DNA of 64,000 nt from Eubacterium sp. (GCA_963653425.1 CAVJWC010000004.1:21244-85243); one strand, 5' to 3'; shown: positions 17,064 through 26,351, counted from the stretch's first letter. Notes: generated by a model from the sequence alone, not told the origin. Translations and numbers: made by a program.

Positions 17064-20000
17064 ATGCAAAGAAAAAGCTTGATAGCTGTTTTGCTTGTCG
17101 CAATGGTATTACTGCTCATATCGTGCAGTTCGCTTCAACTTGACAAGCCGAACGTTATCGATTCAAGTAACACAACAGCCCGCTTCTCTCGGTCTTTACT
17201 GAAAGCGGCGCAGTTCCTTAACGGCGGAACTTCCGAAACCGAATCGGATTCTTCCACCCTCCCCGCTAAAGACGACGAAGTTTACGTTACCGTAAAACTC
17301 GGTAGCGGTATCGTTGATTCTTACTTCGGTAGCGGATTTACGAGCGTTGCGGACTACGCACTTTCCAAAGAAGGCGAAGCCATGATCAGCGACTTTACCG
17401 CTCAGCAGGACTCGGTTATAGCTTTAATGAGAGACAAGAAGCTTACCACCGAAATCAAGCATCGTTACAACATTCTCCAGAACGGTTTCGCAGCTAAAAT
17501 CAAATTCGGCGACATCGAAACCGTAAAGGCTCTTCCGGGCGTAAAACAGGTCGTTCTCGCAGAAGAGTACTCCATTCCGGAAGTTTCTTCAAAAGCTTTG
17601 GCTGCTTCCTTTGCAGACACGGGTATTTTCAATAACCCCACGAATTACGCAGGAGCAGGAACGGTTATAGCTATTCTGGATACCGGTATTTATGCGGACC
17701 ATAGCGCATTTGCTACCGCTCCTTCCGTCGAAGCCATTAACTACGAATACGTAGAGAAAATACTTTCCGTAACCAATGCCGGCGCAGTAGGCGCAACGGC
17801 AGAAACAGCTTATTACAGCGCAAAAATCCCCTTCGCATTCAACTATGCGGACGGTAACGAAAGATTCCAGCCCGGTTATTCCGACATGAGCGTAGGTCAC
17901 GAACACGGCACTCACGTTGCGGGTATCGCGGCAGGTAACGACGACACTATAAAGGGTGCTGCCTGGGACGCTCAGCTCGCGGTTATGAGAGTATTCGGCG
18001 CAGGCAAGCAGGGCGCTAACGATACCGACATCTACGCGGCTGTAGAAGACTGCGTGATTCTCGGCGTTCAGGTTGCTAACCTTTCGCTCGGCAGTACGTG
18101 CGGTTTTGCTTACGAAAAGGCAGAACAGAATCAGTTCGTAAACGACATCGTTAACCTTGCAAGAAAAGCAGGTCTCACTATGTGTTGCGCAACGGGTAAC
18201 GTAGGTACGGCTTGGTGGGATTCGGATACTTTGGCTCCGTTCTCCGCCGTTGACGATCCCGATAACGGCACGGTAAGTTCGCCCGCTTCTTTCCCCAGCA
18301 CGTTTGCAGTAGGTTCCGCAAACAACCTCGTGAAGATTTACGTAAACTTCGAAGGTTCGAGAATAATCGGCAGAAACGGCGTTGTAGACTCCGAAACGAG
18401 CAAGGAAATCAACTTCTTCGCTATTCTTGACGGCAAAGACGAAGCGACCTTCGAATACGTTGCAGTTCCCGGCGCGGGCGCACCCGAAGATTACGACGGA
18501 CTTGACGTTACGGGTAAGATCGCTCTCGTTCAGAGAGGAGAAATCTCCTTTGCCGAAAAGGTTCAGAACGCAAAGGATAAAGGCGCGATAGCTTGTATTC
18601 TTTACGATAACGTAACCGAAAAGATTGAAAAATTCGGCGCGGTCGTAGGCGAAAACACTATTCCCACCATGACAATTACTCTTGAAGACGGCACCACGCT
18701 TGCCAATGCTCAGGACAAACGTATCACGATCGGCTCTTCCGACTATTTCGTGGAATACTCGTATTTCTCTTCGATGGGCGCTCTTAACGACCTTTCCATC
18801 GGCGTAGACATTCTCGGTATAGGCGCTGGCGTTTACTCCGCGGTTCCTCAGTACTATGACTGGCAGTTCGGAACAAACGGTTACACCTACATGGACGGTA
18901 CTTCCATGGCAACCCCCAACGTCGCAGGCGTTATGGCGGCTCTTAAAGGATACCTCAAACAGGCTTATCCCACCAAGACTCCTGCCGAAATCTCCAATCT
19001 CGCTATGCAACGTCTTATGAGCACGGCTACTATTCTCGAAAACTCCGACGGCAACCCCATCACCCCCAGAAGACAGGGTTCGGGTCTTGCAGACATCGAA
19101 AGAGCCATTGAAACCGACGCTTACATAACGGTAACCGGTTCGGACAGAACCAAACTCAACCTCGGTAGCGACACCGAAAAAGACGGTATTTATACGCTTA
19201 ACTTCAACGTTGTGAACGACGGCGAAAACGCTCTCGGTTATAAACTTAACGTACTTACCTTCACCGAATCCGCAGTAACCGGTAAATCCATAAACTACAC
19301 CTTAAAGGGCGCGGATAAACTCATGATTGCCGAAAAAGCTTATATGCTTGACGGCGCAGAAGTTAAGTATTACGTGAACGGCACGCTTCTCGAAGGCGAC
19401 GAAATCACCGTGGAAGCAGGCGAAAAACTCAAGATCAAAGCCGTTATCACTCTTACGGAAGAAAACAAAGCTTACATGAACGAAACCTTCCCCAACGGTA
19501 TTTACGTTGAAGGCTTTGCGGTTCTCGAAAGCACGGACGAAGAAGGCATCGACCTTCACATTCCGTACATATCTTTCTACGGCGATTGGATGACTCTTCC
19601 CGCATACGAACCCACGGCTTCCGACGGCACGGCTTCGACTTTCGGAAAATACTTCGGTCTTACGTTTATGTCCTATGAAGACGCAGGCAACGGCTGGTTC
19701 GTCGGACAGGAAATTCAGGCAGGCGTATATTCTTACACTCTTCCCGAAGGATACAAAGCTCCTACGGCTAATGCAGACAAAGCCGCTATCGGCAGAGGCG
19801 TTGACGACAACGGTTCTTTGGACGGAACGGTAATACTTAAAGCTATTAACCTTGCTATTAAGCGTAACGCTTCCTCGGTTTATCTCAGTTATACGAAGGT
19901 CGGCACCGGTGAAAGTCTCGGCAACGACGTTTTCTATAACATCGGTAAGGCTTGCGCAGGCACTAACGGCGGATATTCGCTCACTTTTAACGAATTCTAT

Positions 20001-23000
20001 CCCGAAACGCTGATGCTCGCAAACAACGAACAGCTTCTTTTCAGCTTTACCTACGACTTTAACGATAAGCCCGTCGGTCAGGTTGTTGATATGCCCGTAT
20101 TTATCGACCTCGAAGCTCCCACCCTTGAAAAAGCTTCCTGGAGAACGGAAGACGGCAGAACTTACCTCGACCTTACCGTTTACGACAACCATTACCTTCA
20201 GGCAACCGGTCTTCTTACCTACGGAACGGAAGACAGCTATAACAGCCTTTACAAATTCATGTTCCCGTGTTACGGCGACGTAAGAAACGGAGATTACTCC
20301 TACTCGATAGACGTTACCGATTATATGGCTAACGTTGTAAACGACACCTTTGCGGTTCAGCTCGTTGACTATGCAAGAAACGTTTCCGTTTACGAAATCG
20401 AACTTCCCGATAGCGGTGAAAACAACGCAAACGCTGTTATTACAGGCAACGAAAACCGTACTCTTGCGGTAAGATACCGTACCGACGACGCCGTAATTTA
20501 CTACGACGTAAACGATCCTTCCTATACGGAAGTTCACACTTACAGCAGTTTTGACAGCTCCAAGGCAAACAATGCCGTCGTTAACTCCGAAAGCGAAGGA
20601 ACGGACGAATTCGTTATCGAAAACGGCGTTCTTAAAGCTTACAACGGCGAAGGCGGAGAAGTTGTAATTCCCGACGGAGTTACCTCTATAGGCGCATACG
20701 TTTTCAACGGCGACAGCAGAATCACAAAACTCGTTCTTCCCGAAGGTCTTAAATCGATAGGTTATTATTCTATCAGAAATCTTTATCACCTCACCGAGAT
20801 CGTTCTTCCCAAGTCGCTCGAAAGAATGGAATATTATTCCTTCTGTACTCTTCCCTTGCTGACTTCTCTCGATCTTGAAAATACCAGCCTTAACTACGCG
20901 GCTTTCGCACTCAACGGTATAGCCGGCGTTAAGACTCTTACCTTCCCCAAGACGGAAACTCCGCTTACTCTTAACTTCACCTTGGACGTATGTTATAACC
21001 TCGAAAAGGTTACTTTCCTCGGCGACGTGGCGTCTATACATTCAAGCTTTATGTTCAACGATTCTCTTAAAGAAATCGAATTCATGGGCAACGTTACCTC
21101 TCTCGAAGGCGTAAGAGCAGGTATGGCTTTGTCGTTAACCGGTTGCGACGTTCTCGAAAGAATAGTATTCCACGGCAACGTAGACAAACTCGGCTACTGC
21201 ATAGTTCAGGATTACGGCGACTACGTTTACAAAGATTACAGTCAGGCAGCGTCCGCTCTTATCGGTCTTAAAGAAGTTATCTTCGAAAAAGACGTAGGAA
21301 GTATCGACGGTATATCCTTCTCCGGTTGCCCGAAACTTGAAAACGTAGCTTTCGGCGGAAACGTCGGCTACATAGGTAGCGGAGCATTCGGTGGAAGCGA
21401 CATGCTTTACGGCGGTTTCACCGTACTTGAAGGCAACGACAAGCTTATTAAAGACGAAACGGGTATCGTTTACAACGCAGACAAGACCGCTATGTTCAAG
21501 CCTTCGGCTTGGGATTACGACGGCGTACTCGAACTGCCCGAAACCATTACCGAACTTAACGAAAGAGAATTCTCCATTCCCGAATTCGTTCCCGAATACG
21601 TTAAACAGGATTACGGTATCTATCCCGAAGGAGAAAACGGCGGCGGTTATTACTGGAACCTCAACTCTATGTTCGGAAATCCCGACTACGACAAGACCCT
21701 CCTTAAAGGCGTTAAACTCGGAAGTCAGATAAAGACTTTACCCGCATATTGCTTCTACAGAAACTACAACCTTGCGGAAATCAACCTCGAAAACGTCGAA
21801 GTATTCAAAACGCAGTCCCTTTCGGGAACGGCTATAACAAGCTTCAGAACAACCGAAAACACCAAGAAGATCGGCGCGGGCGTTTGGAAAGGTTGCCGTA
21901 ACCTCACCGAAATCGTTATAGGCGAAAACGTTGAAGTGGAAACCTACGAAGAATTCTATTCCGGCACAGGTTTCGTTGAAATCGAAGTTCCCGAATATAT
22001 CACCGCAGACGCGGCTTACCTGTTCGCAGCCTGCAAGAACCTCGAAAAGGTAACCTTCCTTAATACCGGTTCTCAGAATATAGGTTCGGGCGCTTTCAGC
22101 GGTACGACTTCTCTTAAAGAAATCATAGGTATCGACAACGTAACCGCTATCGGCGAGTACGCATTCAATCTTTCGGGTATCACTCACCTCGAACTCGAAA
22201 ACGTAAAGAGTATATCCGGTCCTGCGTTCTACCATGCGGAGAAGATCGAATCCGTTTACTTCCCTGCTCTCGAAACCGTTGAACCGATATACGATTGGGA
22301 CGGCGAACTCTACAACGCGTTTGCATACTGCACGTCGCTTAAATCCTTCTACATCGGCGAAAACTGCGGTTACTTCAATCCTGTAGGAATGTTCGAAGGT
22401 TGCGACGCTCTCGAAGAAATCGTCGTTCACGAGAACAACCGTGTATTCTCTTCTATAGAAGGCATACTCTTCAACAAGGCAGAAACGGCTATTCTTCTCT
22501 ATCCGACGGCAAGCACCGCAACCGAACTCGAACTGCCCGACACCATCAAGGCGATTAACGCAGGAACGTTTATGGGCGCGCCCAACCTCGAAAAAGTAGT
22601 TATGCCCGCGGTCGAAACCATCGGCGCAAACGCATTCGCTTACTCGGCGGTTAAGGAAGTTGTCGTAAGCGACGCTCTCGTCGAAATCGGCTTAGGCGCG
22701 TTCAGAAATACCGCTATAAGCGAGTTTGATCTTTCCGACGTACTCGTTATCGACGACGACGCTTTCTATGCGACCAAGCTCACCGAAGTTACCGTAAACA
22801 AAGCGGAATACCTCGGAAACAAAGCTTTCGGCGCAATTGAAACGCTCGAAAAGGTAACTATCGGCGGAGTAGATGAATTCAACTTCTCCAGAGTATTCTT
22901 CGGTTCCACCAACATCTCTTCCGTTGAACTTAACGGCTGTGAAGTTCTCACCGAATTCGAAGACGGACTCTATAACGCAGACAAGACCGTTCTCTACAGA

Positions 23001-23354
23001 TACTTCGGAACGGAAGCAAACGTAACTCTTCCCGAAGGAATCGTTAAGATCGATTCTCACGCATTTGCAGGCAACACGACCGTTAAGAACGTAGTTCTTC
23101 CCGCAAGTCTCGGATATATCGCTGACGGCGCGTTCTACGGATGTACTGCTCTTACCGAAATCACCTTCAAATCCGAAAAAGCACCCGTTCTTCAGAACTA
23201 TTACAGAGACGGCGTAAGATACCTCTATAACCAGTTTGTAAACGATCTCGAAGAAGCTGACGGAAACGAAGACGTTAAGATTTACGTAAGCGGTGACGCA
23301 TCTTACAACACCTACATCTGGAGAACTTACTTCAAAAACATAATCGTAAAATAA
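17064..23354 (+). CDS. Giant S8 protease / BspA-type LRR lipoprotein, copy 2 (~2,096 aa)
   Basis: ATG 17064 with GAGGAGG upstream. It has the same lipobox N-terminus and the motifs AILDTGI, HGTHVAG and GTSMATP. It is collinear with copy 1 but diverges mainly in the catalytic-domain loops and the central LRRs. Confidence 0.85.
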   Translation: MQRKSLIAVLLVAMVLLLISCSSLQLDKPNVIDSSNTTARFSRSLLKAAQFLNGGTSETESDSSTLPAKDDEVYVTVKLGSGIVDSYFGSGFTSVADYALSKEGEAMISDFTAQQDSVIALMRDKKLTTEIKHRYNILQNGFAAKIKFGDIETVKALPGVKQVVLAEEYSIPEVSSKALAASFADTGIFNNPTNYAGAGTVIAILDTGIYADHSAFATAPSVEAINYEYVEKILSVTNAGAVGATAETAYYSAKIPFAFNYADGNERFQPGYSDMSVGHEHGTHVAGIAAGNDDTIKGAAWDAQLAVMRVFGAGKQGANDTDIYAAVEDCVILGVQVANLSLGSTCGFAYEKAEQNQFVNDIVNLARKAGLTMCCATGNVGTAWWDSDTLAPFSAVDDPDNGTVSSPASFPSTFAVGSANNLVKIYVNFEGSRIIGRNGVVDSETSKEINFFAILDGKDEATFEYVAVPGAGAPEDYDGLDVTGKIALVQRGEISFAEKVQNAKDKGAIACILYDNVTEKIEKFGAVVGENTIPTMTITLEDGTTLANAQDKRITIGSSDYFVEYSYFSSMGALNDLSIGVDILGIGAGVYSAVPQYYDWQFGTNGYTYMDGTSMATPNVAGVMAALKGYLKQAYPTKTPAEISNLAMQRLMSTATILENSDGNPITPRRQGSGLADIERAIETDAYITVTGSDRTKLNLGSDTEKDGIYTLNFNVVNDGENALGYKLNVLTFTESAVTGKSINYTLKGADKLMIAEKAYMLDGAEVKYYVNGTLLEGDEITVEAGEKLKIKAVITLTEENKAYMNETFPNGIYVEGFAVLESTDEEGIDLHIPYISFYGDWMTLPAYEPTASDGTASTFGKYFGLTFMSYEDAGNGWFVGQEIQAGVYSYTLPEGYKAPTANADKAAIGRGVDDNGSLDGTVILKAINLAIKRNASSVYLSYTKVGTGESLGNDVFYNIGKACAGTNGGYSLTFNEFYPETLMLANNEQLLFSFTYDFNDKPVGQVVDMPVFIDLEAPTLEKASWRTEDGRTYLDLTVYDNHYLQATGLLTYGTEDSYNSLYKFMFPCYGDVRNGDYSYSIDVTDYMANVVNDTFAVQLVDYARNVSVYEIELPDSGENNANAVITGNENRTLAVRYRTDDAVIYYDVNDPSYTEVHTYSSFDSSKANNAVVNSESEGTDEFVIENGVLKAYNGEGGEVVIPDGVTSIGAYVFNGDSRITKLVLPEGLKSIGYYSIRNLYHLTEIVLPKSLERMEYYSFCTLPLLTSLDLENTSLNYAAFALNGIAGVKTLTFPKTETPLTLNFTLDVCYNLEKVTFLGDVASIHSSFMFNDSLKEIEFMGNVTSLEGVRAGMALSLTGCDVLERIVFHGNVDKLGYCIVQDYGDYVYKDYSQAASALIGLKEVIFEKDVGSIDGISFSGCPKLENVAFGGNVGYIGSGAFGGSDMLYGGFTVLEGNDKLIKDETGIVYNADKTAMFKPSAWDYDGVLELPETITELNEREFSIPEFVPEYVKQDYGIYPEGENGGGYYWNLNSMFGNPDYDKTLLKGVKLGSQIKTLPAYCFYRNYNLAEINLENVEVFKTQSLSGTAITSFRTTENTKKIGAGVWKGCRNLTEIVIGENVEVETYEEFYSGTGFVEIEVPEYITADAAYLFAACKNLEKVTFLNTGSQNIGSGAFSGTTSLKEIIGIDNVTAIGEYAFNLSGITHLELENVKSISGPAFYHAEKIESVYFPALETVEPIYDWDGELYNAFAYCTSLKSFYIGENCGYFNPVGMFEGCDALEEIVVHENNRVFSSIEGILFNKAETAILLYPTASTATELELPDTIKAINAGTFMGAPNLEKVVMPAVETIGANAFAYSAVKEVVVSDALVEIGLGAFRNTAISEFDLSDVLVIDDDAFYATKLTEVTVNKAEYLGNKAFGAIETLEKVTIGGVDEFNFSRVFFGSTNISSVELNGCEVLTEFEDGLYNADKTVLYRYFGTEANVTLPEGIVKIDSHAFAGNTTVKNVVLPASLGYIADGAFYGCTALTEITFKSEKAPVLQNYYRDGVRYLYNQFVNDLEEADGNEDVKIYVSGDASYNTYIWRTYFKNIIVK

Positions 23355-23474
23355 GCGATTAAATAGCTAATCGTAAAATAAGCGATTAAGTAACAACAAC
23401 CAATCGTAAAAGCGATTACACAGCAACAACCAATCGTAAAAGCGATTAAATAGCTAATCGCAAAACAAACGATT
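23342..23474 (+). repeat. Five imperfect copies of AATCG-N6-9-CGATT overlapping the stop codon of paralogue 2
   Basis: Units start at 23342, 23369, 23402, 23432 and 23456. Confidence 0.6.
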
Positions 23475-23493
23475 AAACAAGCCGAAAGGCGAA

Positions 23494-23520
23494 GGCTCCG
23501 CATTTGCGGAGCCTTTTTTA
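23494..23520 (+). terminator. Intrinsic terminator
   Basis: ggctccgc-attt-gcggagcc followed by TTTTTT. Confidence 0.8.
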
Positions 23521-23683
23521 TGAGGAAATTCGTATTAAGAAGAAAATTCGCCTTAGCGTTAAGCGGAAATACGCCTTGAATTGAATACGATTGCCCTTCC
23601 TTGCGCATAGTTTATATATTGCATAGCTTTTATATCGCAGTGTCACGGCATAAAAAGTTAAAGAAAGCGGTGGGCGTTCTTTC

Positions 23684-23712
23684 TTGACAAAAAAGAAAAA
23701 CCGTGATAAAAT
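23684..23712 (+). promoter_or_regulatory. Promoter of the TM1266-family gene
   Basis: TTGACA, 17-bp spacer, TGaTAAAAT (extended -10). Confidence 0.55.
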
Positions 23713-23732
23713 ACAGTTAATCGGAGGCGAAT

Positions 23733-23990
23733 ATGGAATACAGAGTTGCGGTAATCAGCATTATCGTGGAAAAAAACGAAAAAGTGGAGGTTCTTAACGA
23801 GCTTCTGCACGAATACGGGGATTATATCCTCGGCAGAATGGGTATTCCGTACAGAAAACGCGGTATCAACATAATAAGTATCGCTCTCGACGCACCGCAG
23901 GACGTTATAAATTCTCTCGCCGGCAAAATCGGCAGAATAGAGGGTATAACCACAAAAACCGCCTATTCGGGAAGCGTTTATTCCGACTGA
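23733..23990 (+). CDS. TM1266-family putative [FeFe]-hydrogenase-system regulator (small ACT/NikR-C-like protein, 85 aa)
   Basis: Its size and the sequence VAVISIIVEKNEKVEVLNELLHEYGDYILGRMGIPYRKRGINIISIALDAP... are typical of the family found next to hydE/F/G. Confidence 0.7.
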   Translation: MEYRVAVISIIVEKNEKVEVLNELLHEYGDYILGRMGIPYRKRGINIISIALDAPQDVINSLAGKIGRIEGITTKTAYSGSVYSD

Positions 23991-24000
23991 CGATAACGGG

Positions 24001-24065
24001 TTAAAACGGAATTGCTCGTAGATTAAAACGGAATCGCTCGCAGATTAAAACGACGTCGGTCGTCC
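24001..24065. repeat. 22-bp tandem repeat x3 (ttaaaacggaattgctcgtaga)
   Basis: Units start at 24001, 24023 and 24045. Confidence 0.6.
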
Positions 24066-24254
24066 TTCCGAACGAAACCCGACGGAAACCGACAAAAAAT
24101 CCGTTAAAATCGATTCAAACCTACAGAAATCGATTGAAATTGAATAGAAATCGGTTAAAACCGACAAAAAACGACGAATAATAAAAAATCGAATCCCTGA
24201 CGCCGAAATTGCGATTGAGGCGAAAGATAAGGTTCGTGTGAGTGAGTTTGCTTT

Positions 24255-24288
24255 ACCGCACGCCTTTTTCGGGGGGTGCGGTTTTTTC
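24255..24288 (+). terminator. Terminator/attenuator hairpin immediately upstream of the ABC permease RBS
   Basis: accgcac...gtgcggt stem followed by TTTTTT, ending 3 nt before GGAGAA (24291-24296). Confidence 0.5.
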
Positions 24289-24299
24289 GTGGAGAAACA

Positions 24300-25298
24300 A
24301 TGAAAACAGGCTTTTCGACTAAAATCAATTATCCGCTGATTATCGGGCTTATACTTTTCCCCGTGGTAAGTATTCTCGTGTGCTTCTGTATAGGCAGGTA
24401 TTCCGTGTCCGTGGTGGAAATGCTGAGTTGGATTTTCGGCGGAAAGATAGATTCCGTCACGGCTTCGGTACTTTCGCAGAGATTGCCGAGAATTCTCACC
24501 GCGGCTCTCGTGGGCGGAGGACTTTCCGTTGCGGGTTGCGTACTGCAAAGCACCTTTTCCAATCCTCTGGCAACGCCCGACACGTTGGGTGTGGCTTCGG
24601 GCGCGAGTTTCGGCGCGGCTCTTTCCATTTTACTCGGCTTTTCGCTTATAGGAAGTCAGATTCTGGCTTTCGTTTTCGGCGTGGGGGCTTTGCTTCTCAC
24701 TATGCTTGCGGGAAAACGCCGTAGCGGAACGACTTCCATGATTCTTGCGGGCGTAATGATGGGTTCGCTCTTTTCGTCGCTGGTTTCGCTCGTGAAATAT
24801 CTTGCCGACACGGAATCCCAGCTTCCGTCGATAACCTACTGGCTTATGGGAAGTCTGAGCGGAGCGGGCAAAAAAACGCTGATTTTCGGCGCGCCCGTGA
24901 TAATTATCGGCATACTCGTGCTTTTCGTAATGAGAAGGAAACTCAACCTTCTGCCTCTTTCCGAAGACGAAGCCACTTCTCTCGGAACGGATATAAAGAA
25001 ACTGAGAATTACCGCTCTTACCGCGTCGGCGGCAATTACCGCTTCGTCGGTGGCTATGTGCGGTCCCGTGGGCTGGGTAGGGCTTCTCGTTCCTCACGTT
25101 TCGAAAATGCTTTTCGGGAACAATCATAAGATAACCGTTCCCGCTTCGATAAGTTTCGGTTCGGCTTTTCTTGTGGCGGTGGATACGCTTGCACGGTCGG
25201 TTACCGCTTCGGAAATCCCCATATCCGTATTGACGTCGGTTATCGGCGCGCCCTTTTTTATCTATATCCTCAGAAGAAAGGGAGGAAGCGGTTTATGA
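24300..25298 (+). CDS. FecCD/BtuC-type ABC permease (iron-chelate/cobalamin-type importer)
   Basis: A ~330-aa polytopic protein with ...LTAALVGGGLSVAGCVLQSTFSNPLATPDTLGVASGASFGAA... and ...SVLTSVIGAPFFIYIL. The start is taken at ATG 24300. Confidence 0.85.
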   Translation: MKTGFSTKINYPLIIGLILFPVVSILVCFCIGRYSVSVVEMLSWIFGGKIDSVTASVLSQRLPRILTAALVGGGLSVAGCVLQSTFSNPLATPDTLGVASGASFGAALSILLGFSLIGSQILAFVFGVGALLLTMLAGKRRSGTTSMILAGVMMGSLFSSLVSLVKYLADTESQLPSITYWLMGSLSGAGKKTLIFGAPVIIIGILVLFVMRRKLNLLPLSEDEATSLGTDIKKLRITALTASAAITASSVAMCGPVGWVGLLVPHVSKMLFGNNHKITVPASISFGSAFLVAVDTLARSVTASEIPISVLTSVIGAPFFIYILRRKGGSGL

Positions 25299-26347
25299 TT
25301 TTTCAGGTAAAAAACGGCTGTTTCCGCTATAATAAAAAAGAAGACGACGTGCTTTCAGACGTGAATTTCGACGTTAAAAGCGGAGAAATACTTGCCGTTC
25401 TCGGTCCCAACGGAGCGGGTAAGACTACGCTTTTAAGGTGCGCTCTGGGTTTTTTGAAGTTTGACAGGGGCGAAGCTTTGTTTGACGGAAAGAACGTGCG
25501 CTCGTATAGTCCGAGCGAACTTTGGAGGAAAGTGGCTTACGTTCCTCAGGCAAGGCAGACCATATCGCCCTATACGGTGGAAGAAACGGTACTTCTCGGA
25601 AGAAGCAGTTACGGCGATATACTCGGCAGAATTACCGCGGAAGACTATAAAGCAGCGGACGAAGTCATAGAAAAACTCAATTTAGAGCGCATACGGCATA
25701 AAAATTGCAGTGAAATAAGCGGAGGAGAACTTCAGATGGTTCTGATTGCCCGCGCGCTTGCCGTTTTCCCCGAACTTCTCGTACTCGACGAACCCGAATC
25801 CAACCTCGACTTCCGCAATCAGCTTCTCGTTCTCGATACGCTGACGAGACTTGCAAAAAACGGTACGGGTATAATTCTCAACACTCACTATCCCGCGCAC
25901 GCCCTCAGACGGGCGGATAAGGCTCTTATGCTGGGGAAGGACGGAAGTTCGGAATTCGGAAGAACGCAGGAAGTCGTGACGAGCGAAAATATCGGCAGGT
26001 TTTTCGGAGTGAACGCGGTTATAGGCGAAATCGAAACCGACACCAACCATTATATCGACGTTATTCCCGTGGACTTCGATTTGCCCAAGGAAAACACCGA
26101 CGATTCCGAAGTTATAGCTACCTTGTCGGTGATTATGAAAGACAATTCCGTAGCTCAGGAAGTCAACGCCGTTATCCACAAAGCCTTTCCCTTCGTTCTC
26201 GGAAGAATGGGAATGCCCGTAAGGGACGAAGGCTTATATATAATCAATCTCGTGCTTAAAGCTTCCCCGCGCGAAATCCGAGCCGTTTTAAGAGAACTTA
26301 ACGAAAAATCGGGCGTGAGCGTCAAAGCCGTTTTCGAAAGGAGATGA
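25295..26347 (+). CDS. ABC transporter ATP-binding protein (FepC/BtuD-like) fused to a C-terminal TM1266-like domain
   Basis: Walker A GPNGAGKTT, signature SGGELQ, Walker B LLVLDEP. The extra C-terminal ~85 aa (VIATLSVIMKDNSVAQEVNAVIHKAFPFVLGRMGMPVRDEGLYIINLVLKASP...) align with the stand-alone TM1266 protein. Confidence 0.85.
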   Translation: MIFQVKNGCFRYNKKEDDVLSDVNFDVKSGEILAVLGPNGAGKTTLLRCALGFLKFDRGEALFDGKNVRSYSPSELWRKVAYVPQARQTISPYTVEETVLLGRSSYGDILGRITAEDYKAADEVIEKLNLERIRHKNCSEISGGELQMVLIARALAVFPELLVLDEPESNLDFRNQLLVLDTLTRLAKNGTGIILNTHYPAHALRRADKALMLGKDGSSEFGRTQEVVTSENIGRFFGVNAVIGEIETDTNHYIDVIPVDFDLPKENTDDSEVIATLSVIMKDNSVAQEVNAVIHKAFPFVLGRMGMPVRDEGLYIINLVLKASPREIRAVLRELNEKSGVSVKAVFERR

Positions 26348-26351
26348 ACTT

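Noticed and set aside
17589-21041. Long minus-strand ORFs (17589..19010, 19302..21041; likewise 3591..4481, 6018..6710, 21738..22430) inside the giant protease genes
   Set aside because: These are shadow ORFs opposite strongly supported + strand coding sequence. Their products are low-complexity, they have no RBS, and they duplicate in both paralogues only because the sense gene does.
23327-23608. 93-aa minus-strand ORF with the repeated peptide CCCVIAFTIGCCYLIAYFTISYLIAYFTI
   Set aside because: The periodic peptide is an artefact of translating the AATCG...CGATT repeat array, and the ORF overlaps the terminator and the stop region of the + strand gene.
23991-24299. Cobalamin riboswitch upstream of the BtuC/FecCD-type permease
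   Set aside because: I could find no B12-box (GCCACTG-like core) or other recognisable conserved riboswitch core. Only repeats and a terminator hairpin are present.
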